DNA of 64,000 bases from Octopus vulgaris (GCA_951406725.2 OX597814.1:89652001-89716000), one strand, 5' to 3'. Counted from the stretch's first letter, positions 1 to 12,714 are shown. Notes: generated from the sequence alone by a model not told the origin. Numbers and translations: made by a program.

Positions 1-195
1 TTGTTGGGGCTTCACGTTTATGTATTTTAGCAAATTATGTCTATAGCAATACTAATTTCATCCAGTATATATACTTAGTTTAATCAATTTGTATTTATCG
101 AATGGCCGATTTATCCTACCATTTTAATCAACACCAGTTTGTACTAATAAACATAAAGACATACTTTAATGGTCATACATATATACATAAATATA

Positions 196-203
196 GACAC
201 ACA

Positions 204-300
<97 letters not shown>
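196..300. repeat. (CA)n(TA)n compound microsatellite
   Basis: Read directly; accounts for ORFs 102..422, 166..429 and 173..361. Confidence 0.95.
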
Positions 301-302
<2 letters not shown>

Positions 303-485
303 CTCGCTGAAAAATTCCGTGTGGTGAAATGTAGTGAAAAATATAAAAAAGGAAAATGCATTGAAAATTTATGTGTATGTGTGTGTGTGGGGTGTGTGTA
401 CGTATGTATATATATGTTATGAAATGCAATATTTACATAATCGACCGGGTTCGCCTATGATGATTATGACTAAGTAGTTAGTGAT

Positions 486-819
486 GCATTCGTACTCCGT
501 CGCTTACGACAACGAGTGTTCCAGTAGATACGATTAACGGAGCAGCCTACTCGTGAAATTTAACCTGCAAGTGGCTGAGAATTCCATAGACACACGTACT
601 TTTAATGTAGTTCCCAGGGATATTCAACCTGACTTAGAATGTGACAAATCTGGCCGTTCGATATACAGGTACAACCCATTTTTGCCACCTGAGTGGAGCG
701 GATTGGAAAAACCTGAAATATAGTGGCTTGCTCAAGGACAAAACGCGCCGCCAGGTATCGAACTGACCACCTTACGATCGTGAGCCAAATATCGTAACCA
801 CTTAGCCACGTGTCTTCAT
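486..819 (-). mobile_element. tRNA-derived SINE, family A (CORE-like centre)
   Basis: A box TGGCTAAGTGG, B box GTTCGATACC, GTCCTTGAGCAAG core; 13-bp TSD AGTAGYTAGTGAT at 473-485 and 820-832. Confidence 0.9.
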
Positions 820-1934
820 AGTAGCTAGTGATAATGTTACAATTTCATTTGTAAATGAATCAGGAGGCAGATAAATTTTAGATGAGGTAATCAGTTGTAG
901 CTATTATTAGAAACAGGGGAGGTAATTATCCACCTTTTTAAAGAGGAATTGATTATATCTAGTTTAAAACAATATATATTTATAAACTAAACTATTTGCA
1001 TAGTCCAAAATTGATTATATGTTCATACTCAGGCGCAGTTTGCATTTATCAATTAATGTAATCTCGTTATTTAATTGTTGTCGTGCACAAGTTGTTTCAT
1101 TATATTGCTATACAGGGGTAAATTTTGAAGTTCGGTTGGAGATTTCCTGCACATCTCTCTATGAATTCGCTTAATAGTATTTGTCTGTATCTTGGGAAAC
1201 GGATTTGTTCCTTAAGCAGTGTTAATTTCCGTTTGAGTGACCTTCTTGTTTGATCTATATAGTTGCATCCATATTCTGAGCAAATTAATTTTGAATCCTT
1301 TTCCTTGTTTAAAGTGAAGTTCCGAACCTTCTAAAGGGTCGGGATATGTTCCAGAGTTAGGTCGCTCGCATTTTTAACTCTTGGTTCCGTTGTTGTTGGG
1401 TACAATTTCGCACCTGTCAGTATCCTCTTTAGTGATTTTGATTTTATTTTTACTTTTGATGAATTTGTGAGTGCATAGAAATTGATTCGCCTTAGGGTTT
1501 CTAGAGAGCATAGATAAATTTTGAATAATAGTCTCATTCTTTGTAGGGTTGTGGGAAGAATTATAAGGTAGTATTTTTAAATCGGGTGCGTTATTTCGTT
1601 TTATTTCCCTTATTGTTTGGACATAACTTCTCTGCGCATGTTTTGTCACATCATCTATTATTGAAGGTGGATAATGTCTCTCGACTAGTATGATCTTAAG
1701 TTCATGAAGTCGTAGGTCCTAGGTATTGGCAATAAACATTATTGTGCAAATCCTTTTCTCTGAATTGAAGGGGATATAATTTTGCTGTATTTGGGGCGGG
1801 ATGAGTTAAATAGTAGGTATTGTTTCGAGCCTGTGTATTTATGTTAAATGTCGATTTCAATTTGGTCATTGACATTTTTTAATTAAAATATCGATAGAAG
1901 TTTCTCTTTGATGTATTCCATTGTAAATTGAGTG

Positions 1935-2175
1935 AAGGCACTGGCTTAGTGGATAAAGGTATTCGGCTTACGATCGTAAGATTGTCAGTTCGATTCCCAT
2001 CGGCGCGTTGTGTCATTGAGGACACTTTATTTCATGTTACTTCAGTCCACTCAGCTGGCAAAAATGTGTAGTAACTGTATTCAAATGGTATACGTTTCTA
2101 TGGAGTGCTCATTCACTTGAACGTTAATTTCACTAGCATGCTGCTCCGTTGATCGAATCGACTTAAACCCTCGTT
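1935..2175 (+). mobile_element. SINE family A inserted in the PLE RT
   Basis: TGGCTTAGTGG and GTTCGATTCC boxes; TSD AATTGARTG at 1926-1934 and 2176-2184; splits the RT peptide INIQ|FTMEY. Confidence 0.85.
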
Positions 2176-4629
2176 AATTGAATGTTAATGTCACTGAGAA
2201 GTCTTTCAAATTCAAATATTTTATTAATACTTCCCTTCCAAAGGATATCTTTTCCAATTTTTTGTAGTGATACTTGATATATAATCAATTCTAAATACCC
2301 TATTACTAGCTTTGAAAGAACTGGAGCCGCTTTTGTTCCCATCAACATTCCACATTTTGACGCTAGTAATAGGTATATAACAAAAATAATTGTTCTGGAG
2401 GATAAATTTTAATTATAAATCCCTTGTTTATGTTCCCTGGTAGTTCTGGATAGTTTTCCAACAGAATTTGATTGCTTTTATTTCACAGTCGTGTGAGATA
2501 TGAGTACACAAGTTCACAATATCGAAAGACGCCATCTCTGTCTCTTTCCTTTTTGTTTTTGGTGGGTGGTTTAGCATATCTAGATCGTCTCTCATGAAGC
2601 TTTTGATATATTGCATAAGGGTTTTCAGTAGGATATCAAGAAAATTGCTTAAATGGCGGGTTTCACTTGATGGGTTCGCTAAGATGGACTTTATTTTTAT
2701 ATCTCGTATTGATTGGACATTAATATTTATGTCTGGTGATTCTTTGTTGGTTTCATCAATTATCTTACTCTTGGGAACTTTTGGTAAGCCGTAGAAAAGA
2801 CTATGTTTACATTTAAAATTTGTTGTATAGTCAATTTCTTTGTCTGTTAGACCATTTCTGTATAGTTGGAGTAACGATGAAAGACTTTTTATTATTTTCT
2901 GTTGTTTATAGTTTTCTTGCTCGGATAATACTAGCTCTCTGTCATATCTTGTGTCCAACAACACTAAAGCCCTTCCTTTATTGGCCTCTTTAATTGTCAA
3001 TTATTTATTATTTTGCAATTCAATTAAGTTCTTCCATTCATTAGTGGTGAAGGTCTGAGTTAAATCTTTGTGTAAGGTATTACAAGGGAAGTTCAGAATG
3101 TGGTCACAAAAGTCATCGAGTCTTTTATTCCCAACTTTAGGTGGAAGAAATTGCTTTTGTTTTTAACAGGTGAATCATCATCGTTATTATAATTAAGTAG
3201 TACTTCTGTAAATCGCATTTTCCCGAAGATTTCGTAATATTGATTTTGATTTCATTCTGATTTGATCTGCGTGAGTTTTGGGGAAAATTTTAATCCTTTT
3301 GTTAGTTTGCTGATTTTTGTTAATGAAAAAGTTTTCTTTGATAAATATGTTATTTTTCCTGTATATTTTTTTCTCGACGTGTGTTCCTGATTCTCTGGAC
3401 TAGATTTAAACACGTTTGTAGTAATTACGTTAATTTGGATTGTCAGTGTTACTAATTATATTTGAATTTCTTGAAGATAGGCTTCGCTGTTTCATCATGT
3501 TAGGTGTATTTAGGTATTTCGAGTTCCTTTGTGGCGTGTTTCTCATTGCAGGAAGAAAATTGATACAGGGATTCCTTCTAGTTTTTCTAACTTGTGAATT
3601 GTCACTATTTCCGGTTTGAGAACGACTTACTTCCAAGCGTGAGATGAGTTTTGTGTAGTTGGGTTCTTTAAATGTCTATAGCTTGATCTAATTGGATGTT
3701 TACTCATTTCTGTATTGGTCTTCTTTCTAATTTTCTTCAAACAAGTGTTATCTGTAGTACCGTTTTGAACTAGATTTCATAATTATGGAAAAGATTTTTT
3801 ATCCCAACGTTGAAGAGAACTTATTCCTTCAGATTCACATGTTTCTTTCTATAGTTTGAGAACACTTTCCAAGAGATGTCTGTCAGCATATTTGCATTCA
3901 TTCATCAATGATTATATATTTTTGTTCGTTGCTCGATGCTCTTAGTTTAAGTAATTCAATTTCTATTTTCATTCTCTCCAACGCTAATTTCTCCCTTAGT
4001 TGTCTTTGTTGTTCAGGTTATTCTGGAATTGGTTTTATCTGTAGTTGCAATGCTAGAGTTCATCCATCGTCCATATATTTCTTCCTTGTTATTTTTAAGT
4101 ATGTTCCAATATTCGAATTTTCTATCATTTAATATTTTTGTTCCATATATGTTTATTTCTGCTTTTTAATTACATATGCTGATGTTGGGGTATTTTCCTT
4201 GTATTACGTTTTTTTTCAAATTTCTTTGCATAAATTGAGTGTACGGTTGTGCATAATCGATTCAAATTTTGACTAATCTGTTCCGTAGAGTGTCTTCTTT
4301 TTTCACTTTCCTTTGCTTCTCGGGTACAGCGATTTAATTAATCGATTTTATTAATTAGTGTGGTTTGATTTGGGCTAATTACTTTTAATTTCTTCAGAAT
4401 ACCTTCGTTAGTAATTTTATCCAATGTTGTGATGTCGGTGGCATTTTCAATCCCTCGTGTTGTATATAGTAGTGCAAAGGCTCGATACTAAATTCTACGT
4501 AGTGATTCTACTTTAAACAAAGACAAGGATTCAAAATTAAACTGAGTTTACCTGATTGATTGATTGATTCTAGTTTCAGCTTATGAGCTGTGGCCATGCT
4601 GGGGCACCATTTGACATCTTAATTGGGCC

Positions 4630-5243
4630 AACATTTGTTCTGAATGTGGATGCAAAGTATATGGTTCACACAAGTCAGTGTTATTTTCTCAAACGAAAAT
4701 AACACTGCATAAGGGACAAATCCGTTGTCCAAGGTATAGGCAAATACCATTAAGTGAACACATAGAGACGTGCAGAGAATCTCCAACCAAACTTCAAATT
4801 TTGCCTATATACAAATGCGATTAAACAAGTTCTGTACAATGATGGTTAAATAAAGAGACTACATTTATTGAAAGATACAAACTACGCCTCAATATGAACA
4901 TATAACCAATTTTGACTACGTATATATTTCTGTTCATTAATATATAACTTTTAAATTTAAATATAGTGAATATATCTTCAAAAGGTGCGAAATTACCTCC
5001 CCTTCTTCGAATGCTAACGATCACTACCTGCTCCCCGATTCATTTACAAATGAATCATTTACTAAGATGGGATGAAGACTCATTATGATAGTGATAATGT
5101 CACAATTTCATGCTAACTACTTAGTCATGATAAGCATAAAGGAAACCAGCTGACTGTGTAAATGTTCTATTTCATAAATATTACATATATTTTTGGCTAA
5201 CATAAAATTTCTGTGCACTACCCTTTCTTTCATATTTATCACA
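4630..5243 (+). mobile_element. Inverted copy of the PLE 3' end (GIY-YIG tail + pseudo-LTR)
   Basis: 4633-5055 aligns to the reverse complement of 840-1285; 5111-5243 aligns to the reverse complement of 325-482. Clearly diverged. Confidence 0.85.
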
Positions 5244-5251
5244 CACACACA

Positions 5252-5360
<109 letters not shown>

Positions 5361-5740
5361 AACATATCCATATATGTAAATAAATGTATGTATGTGGGTG
5401 TGTGAGTGTTTATGTATGGATATATAGACACTGAGATATCCTGCACTGATCCTGTGCACTGAATTTTACTCACGTGGTATTAGTCCCTCAGAAGTTACAC
5501 ATGAAGATACTTGCTCTCAGTGTCACGTCGTGAGGTCAGAGCCGGAACTATGCGATTGCGATGTGTAGATACCATTGAAACACGAAAATTGAATTAATCA
5601 ACAGCGCTTCCCACCATAGAAAACTTTTGTTTTATGTCAATGCATAAAAGCAAAGAATATAACGGGCGGTTAGCTACACATTGAAACAATGCATTTGAAT
5701 TAATATTTGTTACAGTTATTATGAGAGTCTTTTCTTCTGA

Positions 5741-5945
5741 AGCGATGAGCTGGCAGAATCGTCAGGGCATTGGTCAAAAGGCTGTGTGTTTCCTGGCTCT
5801 TTGCGTTCTTAGTTCTAATCCCACCGTGATTATCGTTGTCTTTCATCCTTCCGTCAGTAAAGGAATAAAGTAACCAATCATTTACTGGGTTACATGGAAT
5901 CGATTAACATCGACTCGCTGGCTTTGTGGCTAAATTAGATAGAAC
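5741..5945 (+). mobile_element. SINE family C, diverged
   Basis: GAGCTGGCAGAATCG head and CTTTCATCCTT...ATAAGTAAC centre shared with 48598-48948. Confidence 0.7.
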
Positions 5946-6056
5946 TGTAAGTGAATCTTTGCTAATCGGTTGAATGGTTCTTCATTTGAATATAATAATT
6001 TTGTGTATATGTAGCAACAAAAGCATTACAAATATCTGAACAGTTAACGGCTCTGC

Positions 6057-6322
6057 ATTGGAGGCGCGTAGCTTAGTGGTTAGGGTGTTAGACTCACGAT
6101 GGCAAAATTGTAGTTTCGAGTCCTTGACGGAGTAATATGTTGTGTTCTTCAGTAAAACACTTCATTTTAGGTTGCTCCAGTCCATTCAGCTGGCAAAAAT
6201 GAGTAATCCCGCGACGATCCGGTTTCTCGCCCACGGGGATATATTTACACCATAGAAATCAGCAAACCGATCTTATGAATCTATACGAGTCTATATGACT
6301 AATGATGAAGCTTTATCTCTTT
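6057..6322 (+). mobile_element. SINE family A (second tail type)
   Basis: Pol III boxes; TSD TTAAYGGCTCTGC at 6044-6056 and 6323-6335. Confidence 0.85.
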
Positions 6323-7787
6323 TTAATGGCTCTGCCACTCTTGACGATGGATTTGCGATCTATTGGACCGTCGGCTCAGAGAATTAGTATCTGGTTGAGT
6401 ATTCTACAGATAGATGTACTCTAAATCTGTGACATTAACGTACCTTTACATTACAGGTACTCTTTGCAACGAGGTTTCTGCAAAGCTTTCTTCTACTCAG
6501 TTGCAGTTATAAGGCCCTGAGTTGTTCCGAGGCTCTGATAAAGAACGTTTGTTCAAGATGCCACGTTGTAGGATCGAACCAGGAATCTAGTGATTCCTTG
6601 ATCGGAATACAATATGACTCTACTTTACCGTAAATGTATCTATAATATGATATATTCTGAATCTGATGAATAGCGTCGAGGAATGTTAGTACACTCAGAA
6701 GTTACCTCGTCGAAGTTCCGTGTGAAATAAGGTTTTGTAAATTTAATCTTAACAGGAGCATATGTATAGAAAAATGTGAAATATAGCAAATGATGAGAAA
6801 TAGGGGCTCAATTGTTTAAAGCTGTGTATTTTTAAAAATCTAATATAAAACAGAGAATATGAGACGAATTATTACAATAATAGCTTAATATAATTATATT
6901 GCTCATCTGTAGATCTATCTTACTAGATGGACAATAAAATTTTAATCTTGAATCATAATCAAGTACAAATCTATAAACATTTACGTATGTAGGAGTTATT
7001 AATAATTTGTATTAATTTAGATTAGCAAGCATTAAATTCTGACATTCCAACTACCTAAATCTAGTCATCCTAAACGAAGCATAATTGTCGAACAGTGATA
7101 AATAATTTGCAGTATGTGAAACTCTAGAATATTAGTTTCTTCTACTTAAAATGTTGGTCGCAATATTATTTCTCTCAGACCTCCATAAATACTTTATCCG
7201 ATAAGTCAACTAATAACTCAAATATAAAAGGTGGATGAGAATTTTTCTAATCTTATCAGCAATTATTGCTGAAATATTTGCTTATAGGATATAGTATTTG
7301 AAGGTTATACAATACAAGGTAATAAGATAAGAAGTAATCGGACAAACAAAGCATGTCTGTAGGTACTGAATGAGTTTTAGTTAATTAAAATATAGTAGTT
7401 AAGCAATTTAAACACAACAATCGATAGAAGAGTGAAAAATAGGCAATATACTTTGCAAACAAACTTCCAGAGATACGATTTTTTTTCCTTTTATCAACGC
7501 TGATTCAAATAAGAAATCAGTCTTCCGATGGTTTTATGGGAATCGATTCCATATCATTATTGAGTCATTATTTTACCTTATAAGGAACTGAGTTTAATCT
7601 AAAGCAAATAGAAAGGAAGATTATCATGAAAGCAAACAATGAAGAACTACGCAATCACAAATTGCGTAAAACGAAGAGAAACGGAAGAAATCAATATATT
7701 TGTTCCTATTCAGTTTACATAAAGTGGAAGATAATTAAAAAAAAAATGGAAAAGGGATTGAAGTAAGATAGTCATAACTACGTAATT

Positions 7788-8182
7788 GGAATTCATGTTT
7801 CGAAACATGGAGAAAAATACAGGAAGAATATGAGAAGTAATAAATAAGCAGATTATTGATGTTTACCTTTTTTTTATTCTTTCACTAATTTACTAATTGT
7901 AGCAAATAAGACGTGGCCATCCTGGGGCACAATCATCATGCTGCTTCTGACTTCTTTCTGTAACGAATGAAGGAAACTCATGTTTCGAAAATGAAAAAAA
8001 AACCAAAAAAAAAAACCAAAACACGAACAATATGAGAAGTAATAAATAAATTATTAATGTTTTTATTCTTTTTTCTTTTACTAATTTACTAATTGTAGCA
8101 AATAAGTAGTGGTCATTCGGGGGCACAATCATCGTGCTGTTACTGACTTTTTTCTGTCGCTTGTTCTTAACCAATGAAGGAA
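7788..8182. repeat. Diverged tandem duplication, ~185-210 bp unit
   Basis: TCATGTTTCGAAA, ATATGAGAAGTAATAAATAA, ACTAATTTACTAATTGTAGCAAATAAG and GGGGCACAATCATC each occur twice in the same order. Confidence 0.85.
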
Positions 8183-8418
8183 TTTGATACTACTACCCTC
8201 ATAAATACTTCCTTGCTTTACTATTCAGATGACTCTCTTGCCTTACCGTAGGCGCATCTAGGATCTTAATACACGTAAATAACTTGCTTTTGGAAGAATA
8301 TTGAAAAGATTTGGTTCTTGGCTACGGCAGTAAATAGTCCTAAGTGTTGAAAGAGAGCTTTGACACTACACAGTAGCAGCAAATACGGGAATTTTCATAA
8401 TTAGCAATACCAAAGCTT

Positions 8419-8682
8419 CTGGGGTGCGTAGCTTAGTGGTTAGGTTGTTGGGCTCATGATCGTAAGATAGTGGTTCCGATTTGTGGATTGGGCGACGTGT
8501 TGTGTTCTTGAGCAAAACATTTCATTTCGCGTTGATCCAGTCCACTCAACGGGCAAAAATGAGTAATCCTGCGACGGACCGGCGTCCCATCCAGGTAGGG
8601 AATACATACGATATGGAAACTGGGAAACCGGCCCTTATGAGTCGGCATAACTCGAGAAGGTAACCCTAACCCTAACCTTTAC
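8419..8682 (+). mobile_element. SINE family A (second tail type) with TAACCC-like tail
   Basis: Exact 14-bp TSD CAATACCAAAGCTT at 8405-8418 and 8683-8696; Pol III boxes. Confidence 0.92.
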
Positions 8683-9235
8683 CAATACCAAAGCTTTGTA
8701 CTTATCTTTCATGATTTTTCATCTGAGTACGAGCGTGCACACACACATACACACACATGCATATTTATGTATACAAACACCTCTTATATTGGATAGTCTA
8801 CATACTCATCAAAAGTGTTCTCTCACTCCGGTACCACAAAGTCAAAGTAAAGGCAAGGTTAGCATGTTTAAGAGAGACATAATCCCTAGGAGAAAGTAGG
8901 GATTACGAAGGTAGTCAGCAGTACAAGTCTCAAAATCCTTAATGAGGCCCTACTCCATTTCTTGATTTTATGGATGGCCATTGACTGCTTGTTGAGTTCA
9001 TTTGCTTGAATAGACAAGGTAATATCTTTTGTCTTCTTAATATGTGCATCCGTCTTTGGCACACAGGTGTATGAGCATTGAGTGGCATTTCAGGTTTAGT
9101 TACTGACGGCCCGAACATGATACATGTAATACAGGTTTGCAATGATTAACACCATTAGAAAACTTCAGATATTTCGAGGACATAATTACTGACACAGGTT
9201 AGATAAAAAATGATATATTACATGTTCATATATAC

Positions 9236-9274
<39 letters not shown>

Positions 9275-9451
9275 AGAGAGAGAGGAAGAGAGATATACAT
9301 ACGCACGCACAGAGACACGCGTGCGCACACACACTCGTAAACACATATATCACGTGATCGAACATGCTATGAAATGTTATTATACATTGCTGGTTACAAT
9401 GCGAATTGTGTTAGCTAGGCGAGCAGGTTAACAAACCACCCAGATCGAAGG

Positions 9452-9575
9452 GGGACTGGGGCAATGTGAAATGAAGGATTTTGCTCGAGGACACAACGCG
9501 CTGCCCAGTAAGGGAATCGAACCCACGATCTAGTGATCATGAGTGCAACAGCCTAAGCACTAGGCCACGCGGCTT
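9452..9575 (-). mobile_element. SINE family A 5' part
   Basis: Reverse strand GCGTGGCCTAGTG...GGGTTCGATTCCC...GTGTCCTCGAGCAA. Confidence 0.75.
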
Positions 9576-9577
9576 TA

Positions 9578-9618
<41 letters not shown>

Positions 9619-9714
9619 GGGCAAAAATATGCTTGGGCATATATATAAAAGTGTGTGTATATTCACTTGTGTGTAGATATGTGTATTTGCGTTCATATAT
9701 ATATGTATTTATTT

Positions 9715-9877
9715 TCTCTCTTTATTTTCTTTCCTTGTTTCTTTCTGTGTTCCTTTCTGTGGGCGAGAGTAGGCTCGAAACGTTAAAGACATTTTCACTT
9801 CCTGAGCCATATAATAATGCATCTGTTTCTTGTCTACAACACCTGTCTTCGTCTTTTGTTCTTTTGTGAATTCTCCC
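9715..9877 (+). mobile_element. Short PLE pseudo-LTR-like repeat with degenerate minimal HHR (family P1)
   Basis: Homologous to 14000-14167 and 55833-56010; CTTT-CTGTGGG..GAG..CTC-GAAA-CG-TT-AAAG at 9753-9788; ends CTCCC|(TA)n. Confidence 0.65.
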
Positions 9878-9891
9878 TATATATATATATA

Positions 9892-10084
9892 CTTTATTTA
9901 AAGCAGCAGAAAATTCAACAAAATCTGTTACTCTGAGTTTCTCGTTGCCGTTCATCAGGCAACGAGAAACTCAGAGTAACAGATTTTGTTGAATCTTCTG
10001 CTGCTTTAAATAAAGCATATTACTCTACCACTGGTATTTGAGTACTCTTTTTTCCACCTTGTTTCACATTTATGTGTTTACTCC

Positions 10085-10087
<3 letters not shown>
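9892..10087. mobile_element. Fold-back PLE pseudo-LTR fragment in (TA)n
   Basis: 58-bp arms 9892-9949 and 9958-10015 with one mismatch and an 8-nt loop; flanked by (TA)n on both sides. Confidence 0.75.
9925..9958 (-). ncRNA. Minimal type I hammerhead ribozyme core (5' strand of stem I missing)
   Basis: Minus strand reads CUGAUGA-A-CG(GCAA)CG-A-GAAA-CUC(A)GAG-UA-ACAG: canonical boxes and a GUA cleavage triplet. Confidence 0.65.
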
Positions 10088-10159
<72 letters not shown>

Positions 10160-11323
10160 TAAATAATGAGGGTAGAAATTCATATTGGTACGTAGGTAAT
10201 GGTTTTTTTTTTATTTCGTATATTTTCATTTGTCTTGCTCATTTTTACATTCTAGCGTTTTGCTGAAATCTTTCTTGAGAACACACTCTTCATGGTAAAG
10301 CGATTTGGCGTCTATCTTTAGCATATTAGGAGTCCACGTTGGTGATCATTCCTCTTAATTTTGTATATAATATAATTTTTAATCTTCAGATTTTTAAAAT
10401 ATGCTAAGCCACTGGTTTTAATTGATTAATATGAATTTCTACCCTCATTATTTAATTTTTAAATAACAATGTTCTCTAACTGCAGAAATTTATTAAATGC
10501 AGAGTTATTTGCGGCCTCAGCGCGCCAAAATGAAGACATTTGAAAAATACCTCCAAATATAATTGCAGAACTTTATACATGCTGTGTTTCGGGTGAGCGT
10601 TTTGTGTATAATTCTGGAAATTGTGTTTTGTAAGCGACAGACTACACTGACTTGACGTGTATCTTTAGCATATTAGGAGTCCACCTTGGTGGTCATTCCT
10701 CTTAATTTTACTTGTTTCAGCCATTGAACTGCAGCAATGCTGAAGTACCTTTAGAATAGAAGATACTTATCCAAGGTGTCACGCTCTAGGTCTGAACTAG
10801 TAACAATACGTTTGGGAAGCAAACTTCTCAGCAAAGCAATGCCTGCTCCAGTATAGTATATGTTTTTCTTCCATCATACAAACCCAAATTAAAAACGAAA
10901 AATTGATCTTTTCTTCTTTTTTTTATAATTGATATGAAGCAAATTATCTGTTCTTGATATCAATCTGAGAAGCAACCGAACTAGCGAAGTAAAGTCTATA
11001 TCAGAATGAATATAGAAACTGCCGGAATTTAAAATGTACATGATCGAACGATGAAGAAGATTAGCCGACAAACAGCATTAACATTTGTGCAACAAACCGA
11101 ATGTGAATGCTGATATTAAAAAAGTACAAGTTTATAAACTATAACTTAAGTGAAGGCGTTCAAAGTAATGTATTTGGGATGTTTAAGTAAAACAAAGTTC
11201 ATTGTAATATTCGAAAGGTAAGAAAAACAAAATGATATATATAAATACTACAAAATAGCTGAAGGGGAAAAATTCCGACAGCTTTCGCCATGCCAAAGCG
11301 AAATCATCAAATATATCTTTATA

Positions 11324-12555
11324 CAGGGGTTGGGCAAAATAATGGAAACACCTTAAAATTTCAAACAAATTTATTCTAATATGGGGTAGGACCACCTTTG
11401 GCGGTAATTACAGCTTGAATTCTACGAGGTATCAACTCGTACAAAGTTTGAATTGTTTCCAAAGGAATTCTTGTCCTTTCTTCAGCTAAAACAGTCTCCA
11501 GTTCTCGGAGTGATGATGGTGGAGGATATCGACTCCTTATTAGTTTTTCTAAAATGCACCATAAATGTTCAATGATATTGTGATCTGGGGTCTAAGATGT
11601 TTAACTTCACTAGAATATTCCTCGTGCCATTCATTAACAACTTTAGCTGTGTGAATTGGTGCAGTATCATCGTGAAAGATTGCGTTTCCATCCAGAAACA
11701 GTTCCGCAACCATAGGATGATTTTGATCAGATAAAATGCTTAAATAGTCTTGACTATTAATTCTGCCATGAAGCGAAACCATTGGGTTGGTGGATTTCCA
11801 AGATATAGCCCCCAGAACATCACAGATCCTCCTATATGTTTACCAGTTGGAAGAAGGCAGTCTGGATCAAGTGCTGCTTTTGGCTGTCTCCACACGTATA
11901 TTCGCCCAGTGGTCAGAAATAAGGTAAAGAATGACTCTTCCGAGAAAATAACATTCTTCCACTGCTCTAAGGACCAATTCTGTAGGTTTTTACTCCACTC
12001 TAAACGCTTTGCAACCTTTGTTTTTGAAAGTAGTTGTTTTCTGATTGCAGCCCTCCCGTGAAATCCGGCTTTGTGCAGATCCCGGCGGACAATTTTTGTG
12101 GAAACTGGTTTCTCGAGGTGATCATTAAGCCCTGCAGTAATTTTTAACAATTCGCGTAAGACTCCGACAGTCCCTATCTAAAAGTTTTGGTTTTCTTCCA
12201 GAGATTTGTTTCGACGAGGAGGTTTTTCCCTCTTTCTCAAAGGCTGTCATTACTTTGGAGGCAGTACTTCTTCATACACCAAACATTTCGGGTGTTTTCG
12301 TTACGATAGCGCCTGCCATACGAGCACCAGCAATTTGGCATTTTTGAAAGTCCGATAGTTCAGTCGTTTTAATGAATTTTAATAAACTTTTTCTGATGAT
12401 ATCTGAAAAGAAACAGCAACTTTAGCAAAACATAATAAGCAACATTAATAATAAATAAAAAACATAAAAATAAACAAGCTTTTGACGATTTTATAGATAC
12501 TCCAAAATTATTATGCTACGATGCTAGGTGTTTCCATTATTTTGTCTAACCCCTG
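11324..12555 (-). mobile_element. Tc1-family DNA transposon with both ends
   Basis: 30-bp TIRs CAGGGGTTRGRCAAAATAATGGAAACACCT (2 mismatches); TA TSD at 11322-11323 and 12556-12557. Confidence 0.95.
11376..12367 (-). pseudogene. Tc1 transposase pseudogene
   Basis: (ACG)TELSDFQKCQIAGARMAG...WKNVIFSEES...FHDDTAPIH...NIIEHLW...IPRRIQAVITAKGGPTPY*. Start codon lost, first catalytic D changed to E, frameshifts. Confidence 0.92.
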
Positions 12556-12714
12556 TATCTGTGTGAGCGTGTGTGTGTATGATTATATATTGATTCAGAT
12601 ATATCTCCTTACACACATACACACATATATGTGTCTATATATATATATTTACATACATATATAGATATATATAATATATATATGTTTATAAATATATATA
12701 TACATATATATGTT

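Larger units (their letters stand above)
325..4550 (-). mobile_element. Decayed near full-length Penelope-like retroelement (RT + GIY-YIG endonuclease)
   Basis: Minus-strand motifs in PLE order: LSKKTFSLTKISKLTKGLKFSP (~3280-3350), TIKEANKG, FYGLPKVPKS, ASFDIVNL (2428-3000), MGTKAAPVLSKLVIGYLE (2163-2348), GIY-YIG-like CSEYGCNYIDQT..L..EQI (~1030-1290). Many stops and frameshifts. The catalytic YxDD appears deleted right after WKRY (~2245). Two SINEs are inserted. Confidence 0.88.

Noticed and set aside
6663-6730. CTGATGA followed by a weak hairpin and a later GAAA
   Set aside because: I could not build stems I and III, so a chance match is likely.
8780-9200. Non-repetitive stretch with minus ORF 8939..9142 (CQRRMHILRR)
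   Set aside because: Only a faint LINE-like echo, with no diagnostic motif or splice support.
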